Of a stretch of DNA of 64,000 nt, positions 21,698 to 31,549 are shown piece by piece. Numbering within the stretch: position 1 is the first letter of the stretch; the number at the start of each line of letters is the position of its first letter. This stretch comes from Polyangiaceae bacterium. Lineage in GTDB: Bacteria > Myxococcota_A > Polyangia > Polyangiales > Polyangiaceae. A program made the translations under genes and the position numbers. Below the pieces are notes generated by a model, which was given only the letters and a program-made list of their open reading frames with translations, was not told the origin of the DNA and did not search any database. Location: contig JANRKO010000043.1 in NCBI GenBank assembly GCA_033763455.1, positions 64,001 through 128,000 of the forward strand. The letters are read 5' to 3'.

Positions 21698-23361
21698 TAG
21701 CTGAGCGCGCGGGCAGTACTGGGTTGCGTTGGGTCCAGTTGTTGGGCGCGCTCTAGAGTCTCCACGGCCTTTCGGTAGTGCCCCGTTGCGCCGTAGGCCT
21801 CGCCTAGGTTGTGGTGTATTTTCCAGTCACCAGGGCGCCCCGATGCCGCCCGTTCATAGAATGGCAATGAGGCGTGATGCTCACCATCGCGAAAGTACTG
21901 GTTGCCCAACAGGTAAAAAAACGAGGCCTCTTGGAGCCTATACGCGGGAGACCAAGAGACTAAGGACAGTGATGTTGCGACCCCGCCTAACGCCCACCGG
22001 AGCGGAGAAGCGCTCCGAGTAATGGCGGCACGCAAACCGTGCGCGGACATAATGCACAGCACTGGAACGGCCGGTACTCTGTAGCGGCTAGAGAAAAAGA
22101 AAATCAAGACTGACACAAGGTTTGTGAGCACTATGCACCCGAGGAGCGCGGATTTTCCAAACAAGAAACGCCTCCTCATTCCGAGCATCGCGAAACCTAA
22201 AAGCGCTCCAAACGGGAGCGGCATCAACCAAAGGCTGGGGTGAATCGAGCGTTCCGCAGAGAGTACGTATTCCATCGAGATTTCGTCGCTCCCGAACCAG
22301 CCCCGGAGTTTCTTTGCCCAGAGGATCGCCGCGTCTCCGAGGTTCGCACGCAAGTAGCTCAGCCCTTGTTGATACCAGTAGGCGTCCACTTCCTGGGTGG
22401 TAGCTCTCCTTCCAAGAGCTTTCTGTGCGACTTTAGTCGCTTCGTCCGCCTGCGTTATCGGATCCCCTGAGAGCCCAGCTAGCTGAGCGTAGGCACCTTC
22501 CGAGTTAGGGTTGTTGCCTTGAGCGAACGTAACGCCGCCTTGTGCGGAAATGAGGACCCACTCGCCCGAAACAGCACGGTTGCGAAATGTGGCAGGGGCG
22601 ATACCGACGCCAATGCCTGCTAGCAGAATGATCACGGGCCCCGAGCGTTTCCCTATTTGTCGGGCGCGCCAGGTACCTCGCGTCAGAAGCCACAGGCCAG
22701 CGAAGGGGGCCAAGAGTAACGTATTCGGTCGGGCAAGGCAAGCCAAGCCCAAGGCGAGCCCACCGAGTAAAGGCCATCTTAGGTTTCTTCCACGCGACGG
22801 AAGCATTAGGTACACGCCTAAGAGCGTCAGGAAAGTTCCGAGAGTTGTTTCAACGACGGTGAGCTCCAGCACTCCCGCAGCCCCATATAGGCACCAAAGA
22901 AGGGCTGCAATGGTCGCAGTGTGGTGGCCGAATGTGGCCAACCCGAGCTTGTATACGAGCCAGACCGTCAGCGCCGAGAGCCCTACCTGCGAAAGATAGA
23001 CAGCCCAGATGTTACCGCCCACAAGTTGGATCGCCCCTAGGTAATACGCATACAAGGGCGCAAACGAAAATGGCTGCGATCCCAAGAGAGTAGATCCCTT
23101 GGCGATCGATGTAGCCGCTTCCCAATATCGCTGCGAATCTAATGGTAGGAAATGCTGCTCGGTCGGGCTTGATGTCGCAAGATCCCACAAATAGGCGCCA
23201 CGCGTTAATGCGAACAACAGCACCACGGCATGCCACTGTTGCCACTTGGTCCGGCCTCCGATGGGCGGCGTTGCCGGGGACCTGACGTCCAGGGACTGGG
23301 ATGCGTCCGGCAACCTTTTCTTTGCACCTCCGCGCTTGGGGCGGGCCCGAGTGCGGATCAC
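21664..23361 (-). CDS. GT-C (ArnT/PMT-like) multi-pass membrane glycosyltransferase with C-terminal TPRs
   Basis: DS..Y loop, APLY, LARPN, GNNP and RYRVP motifs, many TM segments, TPR-like HHNLGEAY. Confidence 0.8.
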   Translation of the reverse strand: MIRTRARPKRGGAKKRLPDASQSLDVRSPATPPIGGRTKWQQWHAVVLLFALTRGAYLWDLATSSPTEQHFLPLDSQRYWEAATSIAKGSTLLGSQPFSFAPLYAYYLGAIQLVGGNIWAVYLSQVGLSALTVWLVYKLGLATFGHHTATIAALLWCLYGAAGVLELTVVETTLGTFLTLLGVYLMLPSRGRNLRWPLLGGLALGLACLARPNTLLLAPFAGLWLLTRGTWRARQIGKRSGPVIILLAGIGVGIAPATFRNRAVSGEWVLISAQGGVTFAQGNNPNSEGAYAQLAGLSGDPITQADEATKVAQKALGRRATTQEVDAYWYQQGLSYLRANLGDAAILWAKKLRGWFGSDEISMEYVLSAERSIHPSLWLMPLPFGALLGFAMLGMRRRFLFGKSALLGCIVLTNLVSVLIFFFSSRYRVPAVPVLCIMSAHGLRAAITRSASPLRWALGGVATSLSLVSWSPAYRLQEASFFYLLGNQYFRDGEHHASLPFYERAASGRPGDWKIHHNLGEAYGATGHYRKAVETLERAQQLDPTQPSTARALSYYRSMLESEPR

Positions 23362-23702
23362 AACGTCGCATTCCCGTGCTCGGCAATGTGCCTAGCCATA
23401 TGCAGGGGTGGTTACACCAGTGCCGTCAGGTACTCAATGGGAACGAGCCCGTTCCGAACGGTTCCCGCTCTTCGTCAACCTCGGCAAGTGGTTTGCCTCA
23501 GTTGACGGGCCCGCAGAAAATGCTTTTAAATTCTGGCTTTTTGGGCATCTACAGTCATGAGCAGGGTGTAGCGGAGCTCTGCCAGCCCGGTCGTTCAAGT
23601 CATATCGGCCTGGCGACGGAAGGTCACAGCGGTGGATTCATGGTCTGGCAGCGGGTGACTCCACCGCGTGAACGTGCTGGGTCGGCCAGTCGCCACTAAC
23701 GT

Positions 23703-24587
23703 CTATCGATACGCTAGAGCCGACGAGGAGATCCTCGGCCCATGACAAGATTTCTTGCAAAGCCATTTCGCAGACCACACATTTTCTGGAGATAGCTTCG
23801 GTCCGAGGATCAGCTCAACGAGCGACACGCCATCTCGAAAAGCGAGCGGCACGTACGGCGCGATTCCAAAACGGTTGTTACCGATTTCATACAGGCCCAC
23901 CGACTCCACGACGGTTCGGGCGATGATCCGCCACTCGCGTTCCTCGTAGTAGGGTTCTCGCTTCACCGTCGGGTTAAGCTGATGCATGAGCGCGATGAGA
24001 GTATTCTCTACCTCCGTGGGGCTCCGGAAGCTTGGGAGATACTTTTTGAGCAAGGCTGACACCAGCGGCCGCAGGTTGCTTGAAGCGTGGTCCTCCTTCG
24101 CGCCATCGTAGCGTACGCGAACCAGCTCGGTTGCCGTGCGCCATGGCTTGCTTGACGCACCTGGAAGTTTGTCCCCTTGAATTCTAAATCCAAGCGCGAC
24201 GCCTGATCCATTGTCACCATAGCGAGACCATTGACTCAGTGAGTCGCGAAGTTCGGTGAGGCTAAACAAGAAGGTCGGCGGTAGCTCCGGACGGCTGAAA
24301 TCAAAGTATGAAAGAGCCCCCGTGGCTTTGCCAAGGTGCAAAAGATCGATCGTCTCGTGGCGCGGTGAGGCGGCAACTGCGTTCGCCCAACACTCGGAAA
24401 CCAGTTGGGGGGCGACGATGCTATCAGCCGGGTCATTCATAAATGCGTGGCAGCCTAGGTGGAGCGAAGATGTTGAGAGAATCGCTATGGCAGCTGGGAT
24501 CGTTGTGTAGTGCCACAAGACGTCCGGTGGCGTGACGTCTACCAAACCATCGGCAAGATCTTTCAGCAGCCGAACGTCGAGCAACAT
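23703..24587 (-). CDS. DUF2971 domain protein
   Basis: WHYTT, MNDP, FSLTE..DSLSQWSRYG...GVALGF and K...YYEEREWR. Confidence 0.85.
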   Translation of the reverse strand: MLLDVRLLKDLADGLVDVTPPDVLWHYTTIPAAIAILSTSSLHLGCHAFMNDPADSIVAPQLVSECWANAVAASPRHETIDLLHLGKATGALSYFDFSRPELPPTFLFSLTELRDSLSQWSRYGDNGSGVALGFRIQGDKLPGASSKPWRTATELVRVRYDGAKEDHASSNLRPLVSALLKKYLPSFRSPTEVENTLIALMHQLNPTVKREPYYEEREWRIIARTVVESVGLYEIGNNRFGIAPYVPLAFRDGVSLVELILGPKLSPENVWSAKWLCKKSCHGPRISSSALAYR

Positions 24588-24801
24588 GATCCAAATGCTA
24601 ATGGCGTTCGGTTGCGTGCGCTAGCGCAAGGTGAAGAACGACAGAGCGTTTGGATTGCCAGTAAGTTCGTGGCCGCCGCGTGCACGCGCCTCGTCGCGGA
24701 TACCAACATGGCCAAGGCTCTATTTCGGTGCATCGTCAATCATGGCAAGGGGGTTGACAACGTTTGACTGTCGTCGCTAGGTCCGCAGCTTTTGTGCGGG
24801 T

Positions 24802-25788
24802 TCACTGTCGTTGAGAGCTGCCGCGCGGGAAGGCCTCGCCACGGAATTCAGGTGTTGGTGGTTGCTGTGTTCGGCCCTCGGCTCCGGCCTCACTCCCCGG
24901 CTCCAAGAAGAATGTCACGCGCGCGACGCTACCTGGGGTTTCCCCGGGGAATTCGAACTTGGAACCCACACAGAGGCTGGTGCGTTTGAGGCCGCCCGCA
25001 TGCCGTGCGTGGAAGGAGGCCAAGACTGGGCCTCCCCCGCTGCCTTCCCGGAACTCAAGATCGAGTCCAGTGCTCACTAGATCGGCGCCCACGACACGAA
25101 GAAAAGCGAGGGTTCGTGCATCGTGCTGGCAGGCGTCCTCCTGCGACAAACATACTCCCTCAGCGGCAAGACTACTGCGCGCGCACATCCACAGGTTTCT
25201 CGACTCTGTGCACGGGTTGTTTGCGCCACGCAAGTAGATTGCGGAGAGATGAAGATGCCACGCCTCGTCATCCTGAAGCTGAACGCCACACACACCGGGA
25301 ATGCACAGTGCTCCGGATGTACACGGATTGCAGTGGGTGCTCCCAGCTTCGCACCCGCCTTGGCCAGCATTATCGGTCGTTACTGGGCACGACGCACCGC
25401 CGCAGCAAGGCACGTCACAGGAGGCCGAGGTTAACGCGCCGGTCCAGCCGTTTTGCGATGAGGCTGCAGGTGGTGGTGCCGTTGCGCTCGCAGGAAATGT
25501 TGTCACGGTTGACGGCGCCGCGGGTGCTTGCACAGTCTTGCTTGAGCCGGAGCACATCCTTACCGCAACGACGGATAGCACAGCAGCCCCAGCGACCAGA
25601 CCAAGCAAGGGCCAACCAGGTCGCTGTCCGTTGGAAGAGGTAAGCAAGTCACGGTTCGATGGGGTGATGCGGGCCTTGCCAGTCTCGGCACGGAGCGCCG
25701 AGCGAGAAGTCTTTTGCTCCGCCGCCGCCGCCGGCGCATCAAGGACCAGAGGCGCCAAGCGTTTGCGTCCAGTTTTGGGCTCGGTCAC
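24802..25788 (-). CDS. single-pass membrane protein with Cys-rich extracytoplasmic domain
   Basis: One TM segment, Pro/Ala/Thr linker, many Cys; GTGA overlap with the upstream gene. Confidence 0.65.
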   Translation of the reverse strand: MTEPKTGRKRLAPLVLDAPAAAAEQKTSRSALRAETGKARITPSNRDLLTSSNGQRPGWPLLGLVAGAAVLSVVAVRMCSGSSKTVQAPAAPSTVTTFPASATAPPPAASSQNGWTGALTSASCDVPCCGGASCPVTTDNAGQGGCEAGSTHCNPCTSGALCIPGVCGVQLQDDEAWHLHLSAIYLRGANNPCTESRNLWMCARSSLAAEGVCLSQEDACQHDARTLAFLRVVGADLVSTGLDLEFREGSGGGPVLASFHARHAGGLKRTSLCVGSKFEFPGETPGSVARVTFFLEPGSEAGAEGRTQQPPTPEFRGEAFPRGSSQRQ

Positions 25789-27509
25789 TCCGTTGCTCCC
25801 TGGGTGCGGATCGCAAGCACGGGGGGCGAGCCTGTGACGGAAACTTGGAGGTGGGAAAGCTTCAGATCGAGGCCGCCATAGGTAAGCTCGGGGAGCGCCT
25901 TCAGAACTTGGCTTCCGTTAAACGAGTAGGCCGCGCCTTTCCGTTGAGCAAACTGTGCGGCGATGGGCAGCAAATCCCCAAGGCAAGGGGACAACACTTG
26001 AGTCTCGCCCACCTTGCTCGCGCAATTTACGTGAAGGTCCGAGACCTTGCCCGTCAATTCAAGAATGTCCGCTTTCTGATTTACGTCCATGTTTAGTTTG
26101 GCGTGCCCCCAAACCGTTCGCGTGTCCATGCTCCCGAGCTTTACGGCGCCCAGGGCCATGCTAAGCGGACTGCCAGCAGAACTCGACGCCGCTAGGGTCG
26201 GAGGAAGCATGGGATCCACCCCATCGAAGGTGAAGGCCGCAATCTTGAGTCGATCACTGAGTGCGTCGAATACGAACGCGGATTTTCCCCACTCGCTGAG
26301 GAACCCCGTGTCCCACACATAATGAAGGATCTGGCTTGTGGCGTTAGCGTTGAGGGATAGAGTGATAGCGGCGTCTCCCGTGGTCACTGTTTCTGCGGGA
26401 GCGAGGCCTGGAAAATAACTTGAGCTCGGGCTACCGGCACCGTGCGTTCTCGCCGCTGGCGCAATTCGGAGGCACATTGGGAACGAGAGCCCGGTCGGAG
26501 AAACTTTCGGAGCATCTGACAGACGGATCTCAAATGCGTCGTTGGGGCGTGCTTGCAGTGGGTAAATCGGGCGGGTCATGCCACTAAGCGTTCGGGATAG
26601 GTCCGCCAGGGCCCCGTATAACGTATCGTTCACCTTCTTCTGCGTTTCGAGCGGGATCTTCTGAGTGGCTGTGCCGGAGCCAGCGTTCGCGCCCAAGTCT
26701 GCTCCGGCGAGGCCCCCTAAAGCCGCGCCGACCGGGCCCATTAGCGCACCAACAGCCAATCCCCAAAATCCGCCCTGTCCCGCCCCGCACTGTTCAGCTT
26801 GGGCAAGGATCTGGTTTTTGAAGTCACCGTCGAACAAGTGTACCACCGGCACTTCACCAGGTCTCAGATGGATCTGAATCGCCCCTTCACGCTCCTCCAT
26901 TTCTAAAGCGGCGGAGAGCCAGAGCCAGGGGGTCCCTCCAGACCAGATGGTAATGCCTACTCGCGCAAAGCCCTCCTCGAAATCGATTGTTGTGCTAACG
27001 CGCTCTACCTCGGGGTAAGGCACATCAATGATGCATCCAGATTCTTCGGTTTGAAGCCTGCCGTGAATCTTCGACTTCACCATCCGTTCCACGGCGTTCG
27101 CTATTCCGCTCCCTGCTCCCGCCGTCTCAAAAAGCCCCGCACCCATGCTCACCGAGTAGCCGCAAACGAAATCATCCGCCTTGTAGGAGGGGCCAACCAG
27201 CACCGGCCAGGTGACTTCACGTTGATAAGTGGGCCCGTAGTTCATTTGCCATGTTGTCAGGGAAAGGCCAGTGTTCATCAATCCTAGGAACTTTTGGTCC
27301 TGGGTCGCGCCATGGGGATATAGACTAACACCCAATCCAGATGGCTCTATTTGGGTGAGTGATCCCGCGGTGCCAAAAGGAAGCGAAGCTGGAACTGTAA
27401 CTTGGAGATCCTTCTGACCAGAGGTAGCCCCCAGAAGGGCTGGCAAGCTGATCCCCAACGCGAGGAGAACTCCAAGCCCCACTTGTGTCGATGTCTCCAT
27501 TGCTCTCAT
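25785..27509 (-). CDS. exported or membrane-anchored protein with glycine zipper; possible TULIP/BPI-like fold
   Basis: N-terminal hydrophobic segment, GLAVGALMGPVGAALGGLAG and LSLNANATSQILHYVWDTG; ATGA overlap with the ABC gene. Confidence 0.65.
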   Translation of the reverse strand: MRAMETSTQVGLGVLLALGISLPALLGATSGQKDLQVTVPASLPFGTAGSLTQIEPSGLGVSLYPHGATQDQKFLGLMNTGLSLTTWQMNYGPTYQREVTWPVLVGPSYKADDFVCGYSVSMGAGLFETAGAGSGIANAVERMVKSKIHGRLQTEESGCIIDVPYPEVERVSTTIDFEEGFARVGITIWSGGTPWLWLSAALEMEEREGAIQIHLRPGEVPVVHLFDGDFKNQILAQAEQCGAGQGGFWGLAVGALMGPVGAALGGLAGADLGANAGSGTATQKIPLETQKKVNDTLYGALADLSRTLSGMTRPIYPLQARPNDAFEIRLSDAPKVSPTGLSFPMCLRIAPAARTHGAGSPSSSYFPGLAPAETVTTGDAAITLSLNANATSQILHYVWDTGFLSEWGKSAFVFDALSDRLKIAAFTFDGVDPMLPPTLAASSSAGSPLSMALGAVKLGSMDTRTVWGHAKLNMDVNQKADILELTGKVSDLHVNCASKVGETQVLSPCLGDLLPIAAQFAQRKGAAYSFNGSQVLKALPELTYGGLDLKLSHLQVSVTGSPPVLAIRTQGATE

Positions 27510-29035
27510 CCTCCAAACATCTGGAGCAACATGATCGTAAAGAGCTCGGTGATCACGACAAAAAGAGTCGCGCGCATGACCGACGAAGTCATGGCTGCAG
27601 TAACCTGATCGGAGCGCGACTTTGGCTCAGCGCCCTTGGCGACAACGACCGATGCAAGCGCGAGCTTGTAGGCAATTACCGACCAAAGAGCACGAATGAG
27701 GTAAGGACGCCGTTCTGGCGGTCGAGCGACGAAGTCTGTGAGCAGGACTTCCATCGCATGTTCAACACCGTGTGATTCGTACAAGACGTAGCCGCCAACG
27801 GCCATGGCAATGGTGAAGATCGCAAAGGTTGCCAGATAGGAAAGAGAAAGCCCGAGCCACGCCGGTGACCATAAATACCGACGCGCTGGCACGCCCAAAC
27901 CCTCCAGCGCCGCTACCTGACCATTCACGCGCAAGCCGCCAAGCCAAGCACTGATAGCCGAGCCGCTGGTGGCGACGAAGATGATCGCCGAAAGCGGTGG
28001 TGCTAGCGACAGGATGTACGTGCCTTTTATCAAGGTGAAGACGGCCCGGGGTTCCAGGTCCTTGCTGATATTCGCTATGACATAGGGAACGGTGAACCCG
28101 AGCAACATACCGACGACTGCGTAGAACAGCGCCGGACGAACAAGGCTTTGGATCAGCGTTCGCCGCAATACAACCATGGACTCGCGGAAGAGGTGCGGCT
28201 CTCCAATGCCACGGATCGCTTCACCCGCGATGCGAAATGGAGCCAGAAAGTCGCCAAAATTGGGAGCTTTGGCTTTGCCGCTAGCACTTGGTTCTCGCTC
28301 CCGGAGCAGTAACTCTTCCACCGTGGCGTCGAGTTGAACCTGCCGTTGCTGTCGAACTTCGGGGTCATCCAGTTCGGTTGGGCCAGACCAAGGCTCAATC
28401 CGGGTGAGCGAGTGATCGTTGGGCTCAAGAAAGTAGATCTCGTCAGCAGCGCCACCCGCCAGTGAAATATCATGGGTAATGACAATGACACCCAGCTTGT
28501 GCTTCCGCGCTTGGGTTACCAGGAGCCGAGCGAGCATTCGGACGCCCACCGGATCGAGCCCGACGGAGGGTTCGTCCATCACCACAAGCTTCTTGCCAGC
28601 CGCTAGAACCCTCGCCACGGCGAGGCGCTGGGCCTGTCCGCCACTGAGCGTATCTACGCCCCGTCCGGCGCTCCCAATCGCGCCATCCAAGTCGACAGCT
28701 TCAAGCCATGCGGTAGCGTCAAGCTCAGCGCCGCAGGCAGCTTGGGCAAGCTTGATATTGTCCGCGGCATCCAAGTGGTCTAGCAGCGCACCTCGCTGCG
28801 GGACGTAAGCCGGCTCACCGGTGACGATCCGCTCCACCCAGTCCACCGTGTAGCCCAACCGTTGCAGCTCATCTGGCGCAAAAATAGCCTTTAGAAGGGT
28901 ACTTTTGCCAGCGCCAGACGGGCCGAGGAGAACCACCACCTTGCCCTCGTGGAGGCTGAGCGCCACGCGCTCAAGCGCCAGCGATCCGTTGGGAAACTGG
29001 ACCGTTAATCCTTGGACGTCAGCAAGTGTGCCCAT
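27506..29035 (-). CDS. fused ABC ATPase (MlaF-like) and MlaE-family permease
   Basis: GPSGAGKS, YVPQ, LSGGQ, VVMDE and ITHD; C-terminal LAPPLSAII..SGSAISAWLG..RVNGQVAALEGLG.P.RYL..P follows the MlaE consensus. Confidence 0.82.
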   Translation of the reverse strand: MGTLADVQGLTVQFPNGSLALERVALSLHEGKVVVLLGPSGAGKSTLLKAIFAPDELQRLGYTVDWVERIVTGEPAYVPQRGALLDHLDAADNIKLAQAACGAELDATAWLEAVDLDGAIGSAGRGVDTLSGGQAQRLAVARVLAAGKKLVVMDEPSVGLDPVGVRMLARLLVTQARKHKLGVIVITHDISLAGGAADEIYFLEPNDHSLTRIEPWSGPTELDDPEVRQQRQVQLDATVEELLLREREPSASGKAKAPNFGDFLAPFRIAGEAIRGIGEPHLFRESMVVLRRTLIQSLVRPALFYAVVGMLLGFTVPYVIANISKDLEPRAVFTLIKGTYILSLAPPLSAIIFVATSGSAISAWLGGLRVNGQVAALEGLGVPARRYLWSPAWLGLSLSYLATFAIFTIAMAVGGYVLYESHGVEHAMEVLLTDFVARPPERRPYLIRALWSVIAYKLALASVVVAKGAEPKSRSDQVTAAMTSSVMRATLFVVITELFTIMLLQMFGG

Positions 29036-29152
29036 CTGGAAATTCTCTCTCAGGTCTTTGATTATCTAATCTGTGGGTCCAAGCGGCCGCACAACTTCGG
29101 GCGTGTGCGTCCCATCACAGTCAAAATCGTAAGATCCATTGATGGCGGTGCG

Positions 29153-30136
29153 TTAGCGACAGGCCGCGGGCGCAAGGGCTTGCGGGAAGCACCCGACTCC
29201 GGGCACGGCGTAGCAACTGGCCACCGCTCCGCCACAGTACGCATTCCCACCTGGAGGCAGCTGACGGCTTGTTGCAGTCACACCTCCACCGGCACAATTG
29301 GTGCCGCCCGTTGACACGCAAGAAGAAACCGGTGTGAGTTGGTCTGCGAGGTCCTCAACGCCATCACAGTTAACGTCAAAGCTACCGTTAACCGGAACGC
29401 GCGTGCTGCCGAGAGAGTTTGGATGCCACAGGTAGTCATCGTCGTTGCAATCTCCCGAGACGTCGACCCAATTCGTCACATCAATCGGCGGCCGCTCGCA
29501 AGAATCAACAAATTCGACGCCTCCGTATTCATCGAAGTCTTCGTCTTTGTACCATCGCTTCGTAACGCATGTCCCACCGGCGCCCGCTGATCCGCTGGTC
29601 GAGCCACCAAGGCTTGACGTTCCCCCCGGGGCCGAGCGTCCGCCAGTAGGCGATGAAGATTCGCCTCCCGAGGATGGGAACCCGCCGCTGGATGAGCCCC
29701 CTTGATCGAACCCCCCGCCACCAATTTGGGCCGCACCCCCAAGTGAGATGAGAATCCCACCAAAACTTCCTGTAGCAAGGCTCCCCCCCGAGCTCGACGG
29801 ACCTCCGTTGCCCCCGAGCCCTGACGACGCTGCGCCCCCTACGGAGTGATTGCCTCCGAGCGCAGATGCAGTCGCGCCTGAAGCGACAGGTGTTCCCGGC
29901 GTTCCGCCGCTCGGGCTCCCACCCGCGGCATTGGCCGCGTTGAACGCGCTGTCATTACCGCAGCCCGCGGCATGCCAGGCGCTGAAGCAGGCGAGCGCGA
30001 GCAGACGAAACCTTCGGCCGCCACTTCCGAGCCTAAGGGCAGCCAGGACAGATCTGTGGGCATTGCGCGGAAGAGCGCAGAGCGGCTTACTTTTGTTTCT
30101 CACGGTGACCCTCTCTGAGTACCTTGAGGGAATCAC
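29153..30136 (-). CDS. lipoprotein with Gly/Ser linker and putative metal-binding (MopE-related) Cys/Asp motif
   Basis: Lipobox AAGC; WYKDEDFDEYG...GDCNDDD...HP...DVNCDG; start uncertain. Confidence 0.7.
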   Translation of the reverse strand: MIPSRYSERVTVRNKSKPLCALPRNAHRSVLAALRLGSGGRRFRLLALACFSAWHAAGCGNDSAFNAANAAGGSPSGGTPGTPVASGATASALGGNHSVGGAASSGLGGNGGPSSSGGSLATGSFGGILISLGGAAQIGGGGFDQGGSSSGGFPSSGGESSSPTGGRSAPGGTSSLGGSTSGSAGAGGTCVTKRWYKDEDFDEYGGVEFVDSCERPPIDVTNWVDVSGDCNDDDYLWHPNSLGSTRVPVNGSFDVNCDGVEDLADQLTPVSSCVSTGGTNCAGGGVTATSRQLPPGGNAYCGGAVASCYAVPGVGCFPQALAPAACR

Positions 30137-30139
30137 ATA

Positions 30140-30179
30140 TTTTACTGCCAGGCAACGTCCTAATTGTCTGTCAGTAAAA
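30140..30179. promoter_or_regulatory. inverted pair of 16-bp boxes (putative operator)
   Basis: TTTTACTGCCAGGCAA-N8-TTGTCTGTCAGTAAAA, 14/16 inverted match. Confidence 0.55.
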
Positions 30180-30193
30180 GTTACAGCACTGGC

Positions 30194-30589
30194 CTACCTG
30201 CGCGGTTTCTTGTTCGAGCCGCGGCGGGGCTTCGTGGGTGGGGAGGCGACATGTGGGCGATGACTGGCTGCCGCTCGCAGAAAGTCGTGCACCAAGGGGC
30301 GGATTTCGTCAGGAATACTCTCAGCAAGCTGGGAAACCTGCTCGGACCAGGCATTGGTTGAGGGGGCGGGCTTCTCCAGAAGCCTACCCAAGGATACGCC
30401 AAGCGCTCGGCCAAAGGCCGCTACAGTTTTCAACGTTGGGAGCTTTCTGGCGGTCTCGATCAGCGCGACGTAATGAGGGCTGATCGACGCTCGCTCGGCT
30501 AGCTCGGCTTGTGTGTACCCGCGACTCTGTCGGAGTTCCTTCAGGTTTTCCGAGAGTTGCACGGCTAGGGCGGCCTCAACCTTGTCCAT
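30194..30589 (-). CDS. XRE-family HTH transcriptional regulator
   Basis: NLKELRQSRGYTQAELAERASISPHYVALIETARKLPTL. Confidence 0.9.
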   Translation of the reverse strand: MDKVEAALAVQLSENLKELRQSRGYTQAELAERASISPHYVALIETARKLPTLKTVAAFGRALGVSLGRLLEKPAPSTNAWSEQVSQLAESIPDEIRPLVHDFLRAAASHRPHVASPPTKPRRGSNKKPRR

Positions 30590-30650
30590 TGGGCACAGGA
30601 AAGCCCGCTTGGGTGGGGTCTGACGATGCACCACGGGGGCACAATCAATG

Positions 30651-30666
30651 TTGCCTGTCAGTAAAA
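30651..30666. promoter_or_regulatory. third copy of the 16-bp box, upstream of the XRE gene
   Basis: TTGCCTGTCAGTAAAA. Confidence 0.5.
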
Positions 30667-30772
30667 CTCGTATGATTGGATCGGTCCCACTGCGAGCCCT
30701 TCTTGGCCCGTGACCTCTTCGGGCGTGCTCCTATGACTTGGCGGAGGTAGCATCGCTTCTTAATCGCCACCC

Positions 30773-31549
30773 ATGAGACCCGACGTTGCAAGCCTTGCCG
30801 AGTTACACTCCTACCAAGAAGCGCACGTCCGCTGGCTGGGGGCGCATGGCATTCGCCTTCATTGCGACGTCGAAACATTGACGGCTGTTTCCAGCATTCC
30901 AGATCTCGATCTCAGTGCCGCGGACAGTTCCCAATCGGCGCTTTTGGGCGCAGTGCTAGGGAGCCTCCAACGGCTTGCGGCCATGAGATCGCTGATTCAA
31001 GGCCCGCGCTCTGCGCTCCGAGCCTACGAGGCGGCAGTCACAACTGCTACGGAAGATCACGCAGCCTACCTAAGAAAGCACCGCGTGAGCATTGAAGCTG
31101 CCCACGACGATTCGGGCGTCGAAGCCTTGCGACCGCAACTGATGGAGGCAGGCAAACGCTTACGTACGCTCACCAAGGGGCTGTCGATGTATCAATCTGC
31201 ACAGGTGGCAAAACATGCGAAGTTCTCGGCTACTTTTCGAAAAGAAGTGCACCAGTTAGATCGATATCTGGCGCTGTCAGAATGGATCAAGGTTCAGGTC
31301 AGTACGCTTGAAGCGGTCTTAACCGAGTTCGAGGCAAGTATCTCGGGAACCGCAGAGGCCATGGCTAGTGTAGTTGATCTGCCTGAAGCGCGTGTTTGGG
31401 GTGCTTCGATGGGGAAGTTGAAGGCTGCAATCAAGGACGCCGGTGGCACCAATGCCGACATCGCGCAATTGTTTCCTTCAAAGTCCGCTCCCGAATCGCA
31501 ACGTGAAGTGAATCGGCAACAGATCCGCCGCGCGAAATCCCGCCGCTGA
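30773..31549 (+). CDS. hypothetical helical protein
   Basis: 258-aa ORF divergent from XRE, with GGAGG upstream. Confidence 0.55.
   Translation: MRPDVASLAELHSYQEAHVRWLGAHGIRLHCDVETLTAVSSIPDLDLSAADSSQSALLGAVLGSLQRLAAMRSLIQGPRSALRAYEAAVTTATEDHAAYLRKHRVSIEAAHDDSGVEALRPQLMEAGKRLRTLTKGLSMYQSAQVAKHAKFSATFRKEVHQLDRYLALSEWIKVQVSTLEAVLTEFEASISGTAEAMASVVDLPEARVWGASMGKLKAAIKDAGGTNADIAQLFPSKSAPESQREVNRQQIRRAKSRR

Noticed and set aside
24588..24790. Possible attC site or integron cassette boundary next to DUF2971
   Set aside because: Only degenerate GTTAG/ATTAG-like ends and a weak stem; no convincing R/L boxes and no integron integrase
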